DNA of 64,000 nucleotides, from contig NC_083422.1 of the NCBI RefSeq assembly GCF_020745735.1, positions 33,914,001-33,978,000 of the forward strand. Reading direction: 5' to 3'. This DNA comes from Hemiscyllium ocellatum (Eukaryota). How positions within the stretch are numbered: the stretch's first letter is position 1; each line of letters starts with the position of its first letter. Positions 38,830-50,659 of this stretch are shown piece after piece. A program made the translations under genes and the position numbers. The notes beneath the pieces were generated by a model, which made no database searches, was not told the origin of the DNA, and worked only from the letters and a program-made list of their open reading frames with translations.

Positions 38830-39935
38830 CTTTATGTCTACCAATTTAAAGTTAGTGGTAGGAATAAATAATGGAATCCTTACCAATGAAGACAAGGGAC
38901 GAATATCTTAAAATGAGAAATATAAAGAACTATCAGTATAGGTTTCAAAGGGAAAATGTTGCTTGGTAAGCGATATTTGACTTTTTGAGAGGGTAACAGA
39001 GAGTGCAGAAAATGGAACAGTAATGCAGTAGATGTCACACATCTGGGTTTCCAGAATGTCTTCATTATGGCACTCCTTAATAAATTAATGAAGAAGATCA
39101 GGCGATGTAGAATCAGGGGAATATAGAAACTTACAAACAAGAATAGGCTTTTCAACCCTTAAGCCTGTTCTGCCATTCAATGAGATCATGACTGATTTAT
39201 GGCCTAACTTCTGATACCTGCCTTTGGCCTTAGTCTGCTTAACAAAAGTCAGTCAATCTCAGGTATAAAATTAACAACTAATTCTGCATCCACTGCCATT
39301 TGCGGAAGGAAATACCAAACATCTACCACTCTTCGTATGTGGAAGTGCTTCCTAACATCTCTCCTGAATGGTCTGGCCCTAATTCTCAGACTATGCCCCC
39401 TAATTTTAGAAACCCAACCAGTGGAAATAGCTTATCTTTATTCACCCTGCCTTTTCCTCTTAATATCTTGAAAACTTCAATCAGATGATCCTGGATCCTT
39501 CTAACTTCTGGAGAAAACAACCTTAATTTGTATAATTTTGCCTCATAACTTAACCTCTGAAGGCCAAGTATCATTGTTTTAAACCTATGTTGTACTCCCT
39601 CCAAGAATAGTATATCCTTCCTAAAGTATAGTGTTCAGGTCTGCTCACAGTACTCTCAGGGAGGTCAAATCAGGGCTCTATAAAACTGCAGCAGAACTTA
39701 TGCATCCTAGTACTCCAGTCCTTCAGGTATAAAGACCAGCATTCTATTAGCTTTCTTGATTATTTTCTGCACCTGCTAGTGACATTTCAAGGATCTATAT
39801 ATCTGAACCCCAAGTCACTCTGGACATCCACTGTATTTAACTTTATACCACATACAAAGTACCCTCATCTATCCATTTTTTGGTTTAAAATGGGCAACAT
39901 CACCTTTGCTTACACTGAACTTCATCTGTTGTGGT
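38830..39935. mobile_element. Two decayed CR1 fragments (plus strand 38830-39120; minus strand 39122-39935)
   Basis: Minus-strand ORF EGVQHRFKTMILGLQRLSYE..L..LFS...DHLIEVFKILRG; plus-strand GF.KGKCCL..../AVDV remnants. Confidence 0.75.
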
Positions 39936-39939
39936 TTTG

Positions 39940-42900
39940 CTACATGGCTACCTTCAGCCCATAAAGGAATGCTCACAGGACTCATTCAAGGCCATGTAGC
40001 TTATTGAGTATCAACAACAATTTCAGTCCTTCAGCCCATCCTATTCAATTTATTTTCTCATGCAGCTGTCGAATATCATCATCACCTTTTAAGCCCTTCA
40101 GCCCATCCTATACACCCATTATCTATGACTAACACTTCCAGGAGTTCTTGCAAAACATGTATACAGTTTTTTCTAAAATTATTCCTGTCTTTGACAAATG
40201 AATTCTTTGCATGTCCAACCACTTTGAGTGGGTCTCTACAATGACTAAGAACATTGAGGCTATGAAAAGACCTACATAGTTAATGTATAACTGGGTCCAA
40301 AGTTTACTTAGCTCTGACAGTAATTTTAGTCCTTGTTGGCATTGTAGGCACTGCCCCAGCAACCTGGCTATGTCTGCATCCAATCCTGACCACCAGGCAT
40401 AATGTCTCACCAACATCTCCATTTTGGGGATCCTGGATGATGAGTGTCTGGCAGTGACTTTTGCTCAGGCCAATCACTCTTGCTCGTTATAATAATATGC
40501 CATCCCCAACTCTGATCTGGTCTCTCTGGGTCCAGCAATTCTTTTGTGATGACCCTTAGGTTTCCCCCATCATCGCCAGCTGTTTCAGATTGGCCAAGGA
40601 CAAACTGTGTCCAAAGTCTGATATTATCAGGTGGACTGGAAATGTGTCCAAAAAATTTAAAACCATCATGGACTTTCCCAATGGTGGTACCACTGGTGAT
40701 GTATCTACCAGTGGCAGGCAGCTCAAAAATTTCCGCATTCGCGACTTAGCCTCCTGGACAGTGTTCTAATTATTTGCACTTTGTATTAGAGCCCATGGCT
40801 GAATTTAGCCTGTAGCTATGGCAGCAGCACATTGTCCTTTTAAGTAAACCTCGTAGGAGTTTGTGTCCATAATGTATTGGGGAAAATCCAAAGGGTTTTT
40901 ACAAATACGTGAAGGACAAAAAGGTAACTAGGGAGAGAATAGGGCCCCTCATAAATCAGCAAAGCGGCCTTTGTGTGGAGTCACAGAAAATGGGGGAGAT
41001 ACTAAATGAGTATTTTGCATCTGTATTTACTGTGGAAAAAAGACATGGAAGAGATAGAATGTAGGGACATAGATGGTGACATCTTGAAAAATGTCCATAT
41101 TACAGAGCAGGAAGTGTTGGATGTCTTGAAACACATACAGGCGGATAAATCCCCAGGACCTGATCAGGTGTACTGTAGAACTTTGTGGGAAGCTAGAGAA
41201 GTGATTGCTGAGCCTCTTGCTAAGATATTTGTATCATCAATAGTCACAGGTGAGGTACCAGAAGACTGGAGGTTGGCTAACATGGTGCCACTGTTTAAGA
41301 AAGGTGATAAGGACAAGCCAGGGAACTGATGCCGGTGGTGGGTAAATTGTTGGAGGGAATCCTGAGGGACAGGATGTACATGTATTTGGAAAGGCAAGGA
41401 CTGATGAGGGATTGTCAACATGACTTTACGCGTGGGAAATCATGTCTCATAAACTGGATTGAGTTTTTTGAAAAAGTAACAAAGAGAATTGATGAGGGCA
41501 GAGCAGTAGATGTGATCTATATGGACCTCAGTAAGGCGTTCAATAAGGTTCCCCATTGGAGACTGATTAGCAAGTTAGATCTTACGGGATACAGGGAGAA
41601 CTAGCCATTTTGATACAGAACTGGCTCAAAGGTAGAAGACAGATGGGAGTGGTGGTGGAGGGTTCAGACTGGAAGCCTGTGACCAGTGGAGTGCCACAAG
41701 GAATGGTGCTTGGCTCACTACTTTCCATCATTTATGTAAATGACTTGAATGTGAGCCTAAGAGGAATAGTTTGTAAGTTTGCAGATGACACCAAAATTTG
41801 AGGTGTAGTGGACAGTGAAGAAGGTTATCTCAGATTACAATGGGATCTTGATCAGATGGGCTAATGGGCTGAGAAGTAGCAGATGGAGTTTAATTCAGAT
41901 AAATGCGAGGTGCTGCATTTTGGGAAAGAAATCTTAGCAGGACTTATACACTTAATGGTAAGGTCCTCAGGAGTGTTGCTGAACAAAGAGACCTTGGAGT
42001 GCAGGTTCATAGCTCCTTGAAAGTGGAGTCGCAGGTAGATAGGATAGTGAGGAAAGCGTTTGGTATGCTTTCCTTTATTGGTCAGAGAATTGAGTACAGG
42101 AGTTGGGAGGTCATGTTGCAGCTGTACAGGACATTGGTTAGGCCACTGTTGGAATATTGCATGCAATTCTGATCTCCTTCCTATTGGAAAAATGTTGTGA
42201 AAGTTGAAAGGGTTCAGAAAAGATTTACAAGGATGTTGCCTGGGTTTGAGGATTTGAGCTACACAGGTAGGCTGAACAGGCTGGGGCTGTTTTCCCTGGA
42301 GCATCAGAGGCTGAGGGGTGACCTTACAGAGGTTTACAAAATTATGAGGAGCATGGAGAGGATAAATAGACAAAGTCTTTTCCCTGGGGTGGGGGAGTCC
42401 ATAATGAGCAGGCATAGGTTTAGGGTGAGAGGGAAAGATATAAAAGAGACCTAAGGGTCAACCTTTTCAGGCAAAGGGTGGTACGTGTATGGAAGGAGTT
42501 GCCAGGCGAAGTGATGGAGGCTGGCACAATTGCAACATTTAAAAGACATTTGGATGGGTATATGAATTGGACGGGTTTGGAAGGATATAGGCCAGGTGCT
42601 GGCAGGTGGGACTAGACTGGGTTGGGACAGCTGGTCGGCATGGACGAGTTGGACCAAAGAATCTGTTTGCTTACTGTACATCCCTTTGACTCTACTACTC
42701 CGAATATCACCAAAATATCCTTCTCCATATGGGTGTATTTACACTCTACATTTGCCAAAGTCCTGGATGCATCTGCTATTGAGCATTCCTCTCTATTGGG
42801 CCACCTATCAGCTAATATTACCCCAAAGCTGTAACAGGGAGACATAGCATGTCAATACCAGATCTCGCTTTGGATCATAATCTGCCACTATCTTAAAAGA

Positions 42901-43575
42901 TGACAGCTGTTTCTTCATTTCCCACATACTAATAGTCTGTCAGCATGTCATTCAGAGTTAAACAAAAAACACATTCATCTGCCAGTCATCTTAACCTAGT
43001 CAAAAATCCCATTATGGATTTCCCTGGTTTTCAAATTGCCAGGTAAAATTGATAGTGTCTCAGAATTAAAGAAGGTTTGGAATCATAATATTCCCTAACT
43101 AAATCTGCCAACACTTGAAGAGTTTTAGGATCTAGTGCCTCAGGGAAAGTTAGGCTCCTAATATCCAAAAACGTTGCAGGTCCACAATCTGTCAGAAGAG
43201 TTGCTCATTGCTTTTGTCTGCCTCAATGGCATTTCACTGTAATAAACAACACATTCTTTCCACATACTGGGCCTGGTCTATGATGGCAAATGAGTCAAGC
43301 TTCCCAAATAATGGCATGATGTCAGAAATGCTTACCCCAACACAAAGGTGACTGCTACAAGTGGGTTTCTTCAGGAACATGCTTTTCTCTTGTCACCAGT
43401 AAAATAACTCCACAGAGGTCAGTATACCATCGCCAAATTACCCTTTACTTACATATGGAATGTGCCTGACACTGGTCCAGCTTCCTGTCAGCCTGGGCTC
43501 TCTGAATGGACCTGATTAACAGCCCCAATCAGTGAACTCATATTCTATGACATCCACCTGGCCTACCACATAACA
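39940..43575 (-). mobile_element. Gypsy/Ty3 LTR retrotransposon remnant (5' LTR ~43399-43575, PBS, gag, RNase H, integrase), interrupted by CR1 at 40880-42695
   Basis: Integrase MLVRHYAWWSGLDADI...C..CQQ...FLVIVETHSKWL (40129-40422); RNase H GVILADRWPNREE.SIA.ASRTLA..E.KY...EK (42700-42845); TGGTGACA PBS 43398-43391; LTR starts TGTTATG. Confidence 0.8.
40880..42695 (+). mobile_element. CR1/HER1 LINE, 5'-truncated ORF2 (RT) plus 3' end, frameshifted
   Basis: [73 protein letters not shown]. Confidence 0.95.
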
Positions 43576-44072
43576 GTCACTCAAATGCCAATCAAATGGG
43601 TTGATTTGTCCTGGATGCCATCAAGTTCCTTGAACATTGTTGGTACTGTACTTATTCAGCAAATGAGAAGTGTTCCATCACATTCCTGACTTGTACCGTA
43701 TAGATAGTGGACAGGCTTTGAGGAATTGGGAAGTGAGATACTCGCTGTCATGTTCCTAACATTGTAGCCATTACATTTATATGCCCAGTTCAGTGTTTAT
43801 TAGCTTTTTGGCTTTTCTAATGCCCACAGAGCTGGAAGAGGCAGATCGATAGTTTCAGAGGTCATTAATTTCCTTTGCAAAAACATTATTCTTTTGATTG
43901 AATGTTCTTAAAAATTGGCCTTTGGCTTGACTATGAACATGGACGTCACTGATCACATGACATAGGTTGACACAATTTCTGGAAAATTCTGATCAGCACT
44001 AACTGAAACAAAAAATTATGCCATCCTCCTAGAATGCCAACTTCTTGATTTGGACATACATTCCAGCCAAAC

Positions 44073-44612
44073 TGTTATGGACCCAGAACCTAACTTTTGC
44101 AGGAGTGATGCAGCTGGTCAAACCACTTGGTTTTAAACAAAACAGAATTCATTTGCACATGACCAAAAGAAAGCAGAATTTAAAATAACATAACTACTTG
44201 ATAACCCAATCAATACGAAAACATAATTTAACAAAGAGCTGTTCCGATTACCTGCAACATCCTATTAATACATCCCTTAGCAAAAAGGTAAATTCAAACA
44301 GATTCTTACAGGAGTGACATATCAGAGAGAGAAAGAGATAAAGCATCAGCCTGGAGCTGCATCTTTGGGTCCCCAGTTAAAACTAACCCAAACTAGGAAA
44401 AACCCTGAAGTGGGAGAACTGGACACTCCCCTTTCATTGTACCAGTATTTATTTTTAAAACTGAAGGCCTTTTCTGACTGCTGACTTAGGCAGCATCTGT
44501 TAGCCATTATTAAAATAACCAGTTCAGACATTTCAGCACCTCTTCCTTTACAACCCCTATTGAAAAAATACCAAGGTCAGAATAACCTTGTTAAAGGAAC
44601 AGCATTATCGCA
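44073..44612. mobile_element. Possible solo LTR
   Basis: Starts TGTTATGG and ends ...CGCA; non-coding; no clear TSD. Confidence 0.3.
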
Positions 44613-46089
44613 AAATCAATACAAACGAATGATTAATAAGATGTTTACCTCTACCTGCTCTGAACAAAGGAGACTATCAAAACCTATTATTGTTGATTTG
44701 GTACTCAACACTCCACAATGATCTGCCAGAAAAACAATAGGCTTTATCCAGGTGTTCAAAATTCACCTCTATAGAAAAGTATCTGAAACCAAAGTGTCTG
44801 AAAACTGTGATATGAATCACTTTTCATTTTACAGTTTTTGAGTTATTTTGACAGTCTGCTCATAACACCAGAAGAGTATATAGCTCTAAGCATACCTCTC
44901 TGATCTCAATTTCTCAGAACTCTGATTTCTGGGAAAAAAAACCCTGTATTTTGTTGTAAAGTGAACTGACTTCCAGCTTACGAATGCATCAGCATTAGCA
45001 GCAGTTTGACTGCATCTGTCCTCCTGAGAAAGAGGTTTTTGTACACGGACAACTGGAAGAACTTCTAATGCACATCAGGTTACTTGACTCATTCATGTAA
45101 AATGAGTATGGACATCTTTGAGTTTAAGTAATTTACAGTTTGTAACTTCTCTTTTCCTTTCTTTCTTGAGCATGTGTGTGTGAGAGCACCATTTTGCTGT
45201 CTTTCGAATGCAATAATAAATCCTACTTTTGTTTTAAATCTAAAGAATTTTCTGTGGGTCATTTTAAATTTTATCATCCACCATCCCTGCCAGCCTTGCA
45301 AACAACAGGCTATGTTGCAAATGGTTGCAGCGGTTTGGAAGCTTGAAATGCTTGTGGTGATTCAGACAACTAAAGATCCTGTAGTCTGGTGAGCTAGATT
45401 GTAGAACCCCTCCCTCCATTTAATCTATGTTAAAGCTTTTAAATGCCAGTCCTACTAGGGTGTACTCACATACTGAGAATGGGAAGAGGGCATCTGAAAT
45501 TTATAGTTGAAATATGATTGGAACTGGTAAGGTTGTATCGAAATATAAATTTAATTTTTAAATCTGGACACCTGGTAATGCAGTTAACTGACACATAGCC
45601 GCACAGATCAGTTGAAATATTCGGAAGGGAACAGGCTAGCTGTAGTTGTGAATTTAACTATTCCATTCAACCTGTTCTGCTGGACAGAGTTAAAAATTGC
45701 TCCCAAATTCATCATTATAAGTTAAATAATCTGTCACTGGCTTAATAATAAGATAGATGATACATTTTTTATGTGTGTGTTCTGTGGAAGATCAGAAATA
45801 TAGGCAACATTTCATTTTGTGAAAATGCTGAAGTTGATTTGTATTTCAACATATATCAGAACATGGCTGTGATGATGTGATGATGCACAACGCACCCTGC
45901 TGGTCAGATACTGTACCTCATTCCCAAATCTGGAGTGTATTTGGTCAAAGAAAAGATTTCTTGAATTTATTTAATGAAAATGTTTTAATAATCTAACAAA
46001 GCTGACTAAACGTATGTACAAGAGGTCATAGAATTAAAAATGTTAATTTTTTAAATAGGACACCACAAGTTATATATACTTTTGCAATT

Positions 46090-46505
46090 ATCCCAAAGTG
46101 CTTTATAATGAATTATATACTTCTTGAAGTACAGTCACAGTGGTAATGTGGTAATGAAAGCAGCAAATTTGCATACAATAAGTTTTCACATAACTCAATA
46201 CGATAATATGTTTTGCAATATTGATTTAGAAATATAAATTGTCCAAGATACTCAGGGACAATTTCTCTATTCTTCATTAAAATAGTGCCATGGGATCTTT
46301 TCCGTACTCTGATGGAATATACTGGGCCTCAATTTAACATTCCCTCTGACAGGAGGGTCAGTCAGCATCTCTATCAGTGCAAAACTTGGTTAATATTGCA
46401 TTGAGGTAGCAGCCTAGATTATTGTACTGAATCACTGGAGTGAGAACTGAACCCATAACCTTCAGACTCAGAATGGAAAATGCTACCAGTTAAGTCAGAA
46501 CTGAT
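46090..46505 (-). mobile_element. DeuSINE (SacSINE1/AmnSINE1-like), decayed
   Basis: Deu-core-like AAATAGTGCCATGGGATCTTTT...GGGCCTCAATTTAAC and tRNA-like head ...GAACCCATAACCTTCAGACTCAGA. Confidence 0.75.
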
Positions 46506-46569
46506 AGATGTTAAGAAAGTGAAAGCCCATTGTTACAATATTCAATGCATCCCAAAAATGGTGATAGAG

Positions 46570-47165
46570 TTTCTTTATTCATTTGTGGGATGTGAGCATT
46601 GCTGACTGGGACAGTATTCCTAGTTGCCCTTGAAAAGCTGGTGATAAGCTTCCTTCTTGAACCACTGCATTACACATACTGTGGGTTGATCCACAATGCT
46701 ATTCGGGACAGAATTCCAGGATTTTTACCCAGCGACAGTGAAGGAACGATGATATATTTCCAAGTCAGAATGGATAGTGGTTTGGGGGGAACCTTGAAGG
46801 TGGCGATTTCCGTATGCATCTGCTGGCCTTGTCCTTCTCGATGAAAGTGGTCTTGAGTTTGGAAGATGATGTCAGAGGATCTTTGGTGAATTTCTGCACT
46901 GCATTTTGTACATAGTACAAACTGCTGCTATTGAGTGTTGGTGGTGGAGGGGGTAAATGCATGTGGATGTGATGCCAATCAAGCGAGCTGCTTTTTCCTG
47001 GACAGTGTCAAACTTCTGAAGTGTTATTGGAGCTGCACCCATTCAGGCAAATGCATTACACTCCTGACTTGTGCCTTGTAGATGGTGGACAGGCTTTGGG
47101 GAGTCAGGGGGTGAGTTACTTGCCCACTATTCCTAGCATTTCACCTGCTCTTGCAGCCACTGTGG
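46570..47165 (-). mobile_element. CR1-group LINE 3' fragment (second family)
   Basis: CCTTGTAGATGGTGGACAGGCTTTGGGGAGTCAGG is L.TIYKAQVR on the minus strand; a related piece lies at 43590-43790. Confidence 0.75.
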
Positions 47166-48407
47166 GATCTCATAACTCCCAAAAGTAGAAGTGCATGTTC
47201 TCACCTAGCCATTACCACGTAATCCCAATAGTTATCATATTACTAGCACCAGATTAATGACAATTATCTCAGATGTTTGTGTGAGCAAACCTGGGTTCAA
47301 GAAGTTGTTCTGCAGTATTAAAATGATGGGGAGAGGAACTGTTACGATATTCATGTAAAGCTCAGGTTGATAAGGGAGATTCAGTCTGGGTAATCGCAAG
47401 CTAAAGCAAATTCTGAGACTGAAGTACCAGCATCTACATTGTAACAGTGGGTCAAAGTAGGGGAGAAGCTGAACTCACTTGTGCACAGCATCAGTGATAC
47501 TGAAGGATTGGCCAAGAACAGCACTAGTGATTCCAATGTAGATTCAATTGTGATTAATTGATTTGTCCAAGAGCAGGCAGAAGGAACTCCCACCTCAGAA
47601 TGCAGCAGAACCCATCTCAGAACCATTGTGAAAGCCCAGGTGCAAAAGTACAGAACTGACAGACAGAGAACTTGGCTAGTGACGGTTAGCTCAACAGCTT
47701 CAAGAGATGATATGGGATCAACCAATTGCAGGTCTCTGAGAGATCAGGTCTGGAGAGAGAGCTGCAACTAACACAACCATCAGGATTGAAAGCTTACCTG
47801 GCCAAAGAAGGTTTCACATCAGGGCAAGGGTATAATTCAGATGAGACAAGACTGTTCTAGAAGATGCTGCCTGATATCACACTGTCTGTCAAGACTAAAG
47901 CCAATAGAATTCAGGAATTTAAGTAAGGCAATAGCTAAGTGACATTGTTATATGTCACTCATACAAATGAGCAATAACAAAGCCAAAATGACAGGAGATA
48001 TGTGAGGACTGGTTCTTTAGGTGATTTGTACCCTGTGCTAAAAGGCACTGGAGGTCAAAGAGGGCACTGGGAAAGCTGTTTTACTGCTAGGCACAGAACA
48101 TCCCCCATCCCACAACAAGCTACCAAAGTCTTGAGGACAGATGATGAAAACGTCAAGACCCATGACATGCAAAGAAAACCAGAATGAAATTCAGGTTTTG
48201 GCTCATTGTGAATTTTAAGAAATGTTCCATGAAATGGCTTCTCTAGGAAAACTATTACTGACCACCTGAAGCTTTTCACATTGCTGACACTGTGAGCTAA
48301 TCAGGGACAGCCAATTCCAATGAAAAGTTCCGGATGAAGGAATTATCTGAAGCTTTCCCAGTTCAAGGATAATGAGGTTCAGAATGATAAAGAGGAAAAG
48401 TTCCTTG

Positions 48408-48944
48408 TGTTATAATCCGTGGTGACGATAGTATTGCAAAATCCAATCCAAGAATGAAACCCTGCTTGATAGTTCATACATTTAATGTTTACAGTTGGTT
48501 CCTCTGATGGTTAGTCATTGAAATGGATTCACTTGAGGCTGGAGATATTCTTTAATAACAGAACACAGGTTTAATATACAAAAAAAGCCATATACATTAC
48601 ACTTATAAAGACTTTAACTCAAACAATAGAATCAAGTTTCAACTTGCTTCCCAATACTATCCTTTTACAGATACTCAATTCCTGAGAATTTCACTCCTAT
48701 CTCAATACGTCTAGTATTTACTTTAGTGGCCCCTCTCAGTTTCTTACCCTTGAACTATGCAGACTATGGACTTTTTATTGGGATGATTCAACCCATTCTT
48801 TCTGTCTCCATAGGCTATTATTTAGGGAGTCCAGTGCTGAGTTTGGCATATAATGTTGATGATTCAGCCAAGATTAGGTATACACTTCGTGAAGAATCAA
48901 AGATAAACTGGGACCCAGATGCTACATCACATAATATGATAACA
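48408..48944. mobile_element. Possible solo LTR
   Basis: Terminal inverted TGTTAT...ATAACA; no TSD seen. Confidence 0.35.
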
Positions 48945-49519
48945 GGACAAGGTCCTGTATTATTGCATTGCACCATGTGGCTTGTTTCTTAATTCAACAT
49001 TCCCATCTACTGTTCAGGACTATTTACTTTATAATTGTTCATTAAAAAATGTGAGCAATTTTATATTTTATGATATGTTGGCAATTCCTATGACTGCAAT
49101 CAGAATAGATTTGAAATATGTATTGCTTAAAATAGTTGCTAAAATACTTCCATGTAACTTTGTAACCTAATTCCATTATCTGGTTATTATAACAACCTCT
49201 CATGCAATGATGTGTATTGTATACAATCCTAAAATGAATACAAATACATGTATAAAGTAAAGGTTAGCACACTGGCTGACACTTCTAACAAAGTGAACTG
49301 AACTCCTATATCAAATCTCAACCCACGTTTGTAATTGATTTTGCCCAGATGACAGTTAGATTGTTATCGACAAGACTGGCAGAGGATATTGTACTGATAT
49401 TGGCATCATTTACAGAATAGCAAATATTTAAAAGTATTATGTTTGTTGCAACTACTAGAGATCAAGAAGTCACCAGATATAATAATGAAGAAATATTGGC
49501 TAATAAAGCATAAAAAGAT

Positions 49520-50100
49520 CGTAAAAAGATAAGGAGTCATTGAATGCTTTTAAGACAGAGATAGGTTGATTAGTAAGGGGATCAAGGTTATGGGGAAAAG
49601 GCAGGAGAATGGAATTAAGAAACATATCAATCATGATTGAATTGCAAAGCAGAATTGATGGGCCAAATGGCCTAACTCTGCACCTACATCTTATGGTCTA
49701 ATGGTTTTATTGTTTAAAACAGTAGTAATAAATGGCCTCTTTCAGACTGGAAAGAAATAAATGTGGCACCCCTCAGGAATTAGGACCAAGACAGTTTTCG
49801 ATATATATTCATGACTTAGACTTAGGTGCACAGAGCATAACTTCCAAATTTGTTCCATATTAGAACAGTAGCAAATAGTGAAGAGGGTAGTAATAGAGTT
49901 CTTGAAGATATATTCTGGTGAAAAGGCCAGATATTTGGCAGATGGAATTGAATGCAATGAGTTGTGATTGATACATTTTTGAAAGAATCATGAGGAAGAC
50001 TAAGGAATACAATTTTAAAGTGGATGCAAGAGATCTGAACGTTTATAAACAAAAATAAAGTTAATGAGGTTATCAAGAACAAAGTAGAGAGAAAGATTTT
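49520..50100 (+). mobile_element. Old CR1 3' end and decayed RT fragments
   Basis: GATGGGCCAAATGGCCTAACTCTGCACCTACATCTTATGG tail; WQMELNA remnant. Confidence 0.6.
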
Positions 50101-50306
50101 TTGGGGGCTAAGTATCAATTTTCATCAAGTTTATGGAGGGTTTCTCTCTCTCAGGCCGAATGATGTTTTTCGCATATCAACCCAAACTCAGCTCATCAAT
50201 GACCTACCCCAGTCCTCTGGTGCTCACATTCCAATGCCAGCTGGATATTCCCACTCACCATAGTCAGAAGTACTCACCACTGGCTGGATATCCTGTAACT
50301 GACCTA

Positions 50307-50615
50307 GGGCGGCACGGTGGCACAGTGGTTAGCACTGCTGCCTCACAGCGCCTGAAGACCCGGGTTCAATTCCCGACTCAGGCGACTGACTGTGTGGAGT
50401 TTGCACGTTCTCCCCGTGTCTGCGTGGGTTTCCTCCGGGTGCTCCGGTTTCCTCCCACAGTCCAAAGATGTGCGGGTCAGGTGAATTGGCCATGCTAAAT
50501 TGCCCATAGTGTTAGGTAAGGGGTAATGTAGGGGTATGGGTGGGTTTCGCTTCGGCGGGTCGGTGTGGACTTGTTGGGCCGAAGGGCCTGTTTCCACACT
50601 GTAAGTCTAATCTAA
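50307..50615 (+). mobile_element. HE1 V-SINE, full-length and young
   Basis: Intact A box TGGCACAGTGG and B box GGTTCAATTCC; CpGs retained; tail GTCTAATCTAA. Confidence 0.95.
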
Positions 50616-50659
50616 CCCTGGCATCCTTAAAACACTATTACACACCTGAATAACAGCTG

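Noticed and set aside
50307-50380. tRNA gene
   Set aside because: The A/B boxes belong to the tRNA-derived head of an HE1 SINE and continue into SINE body and tail
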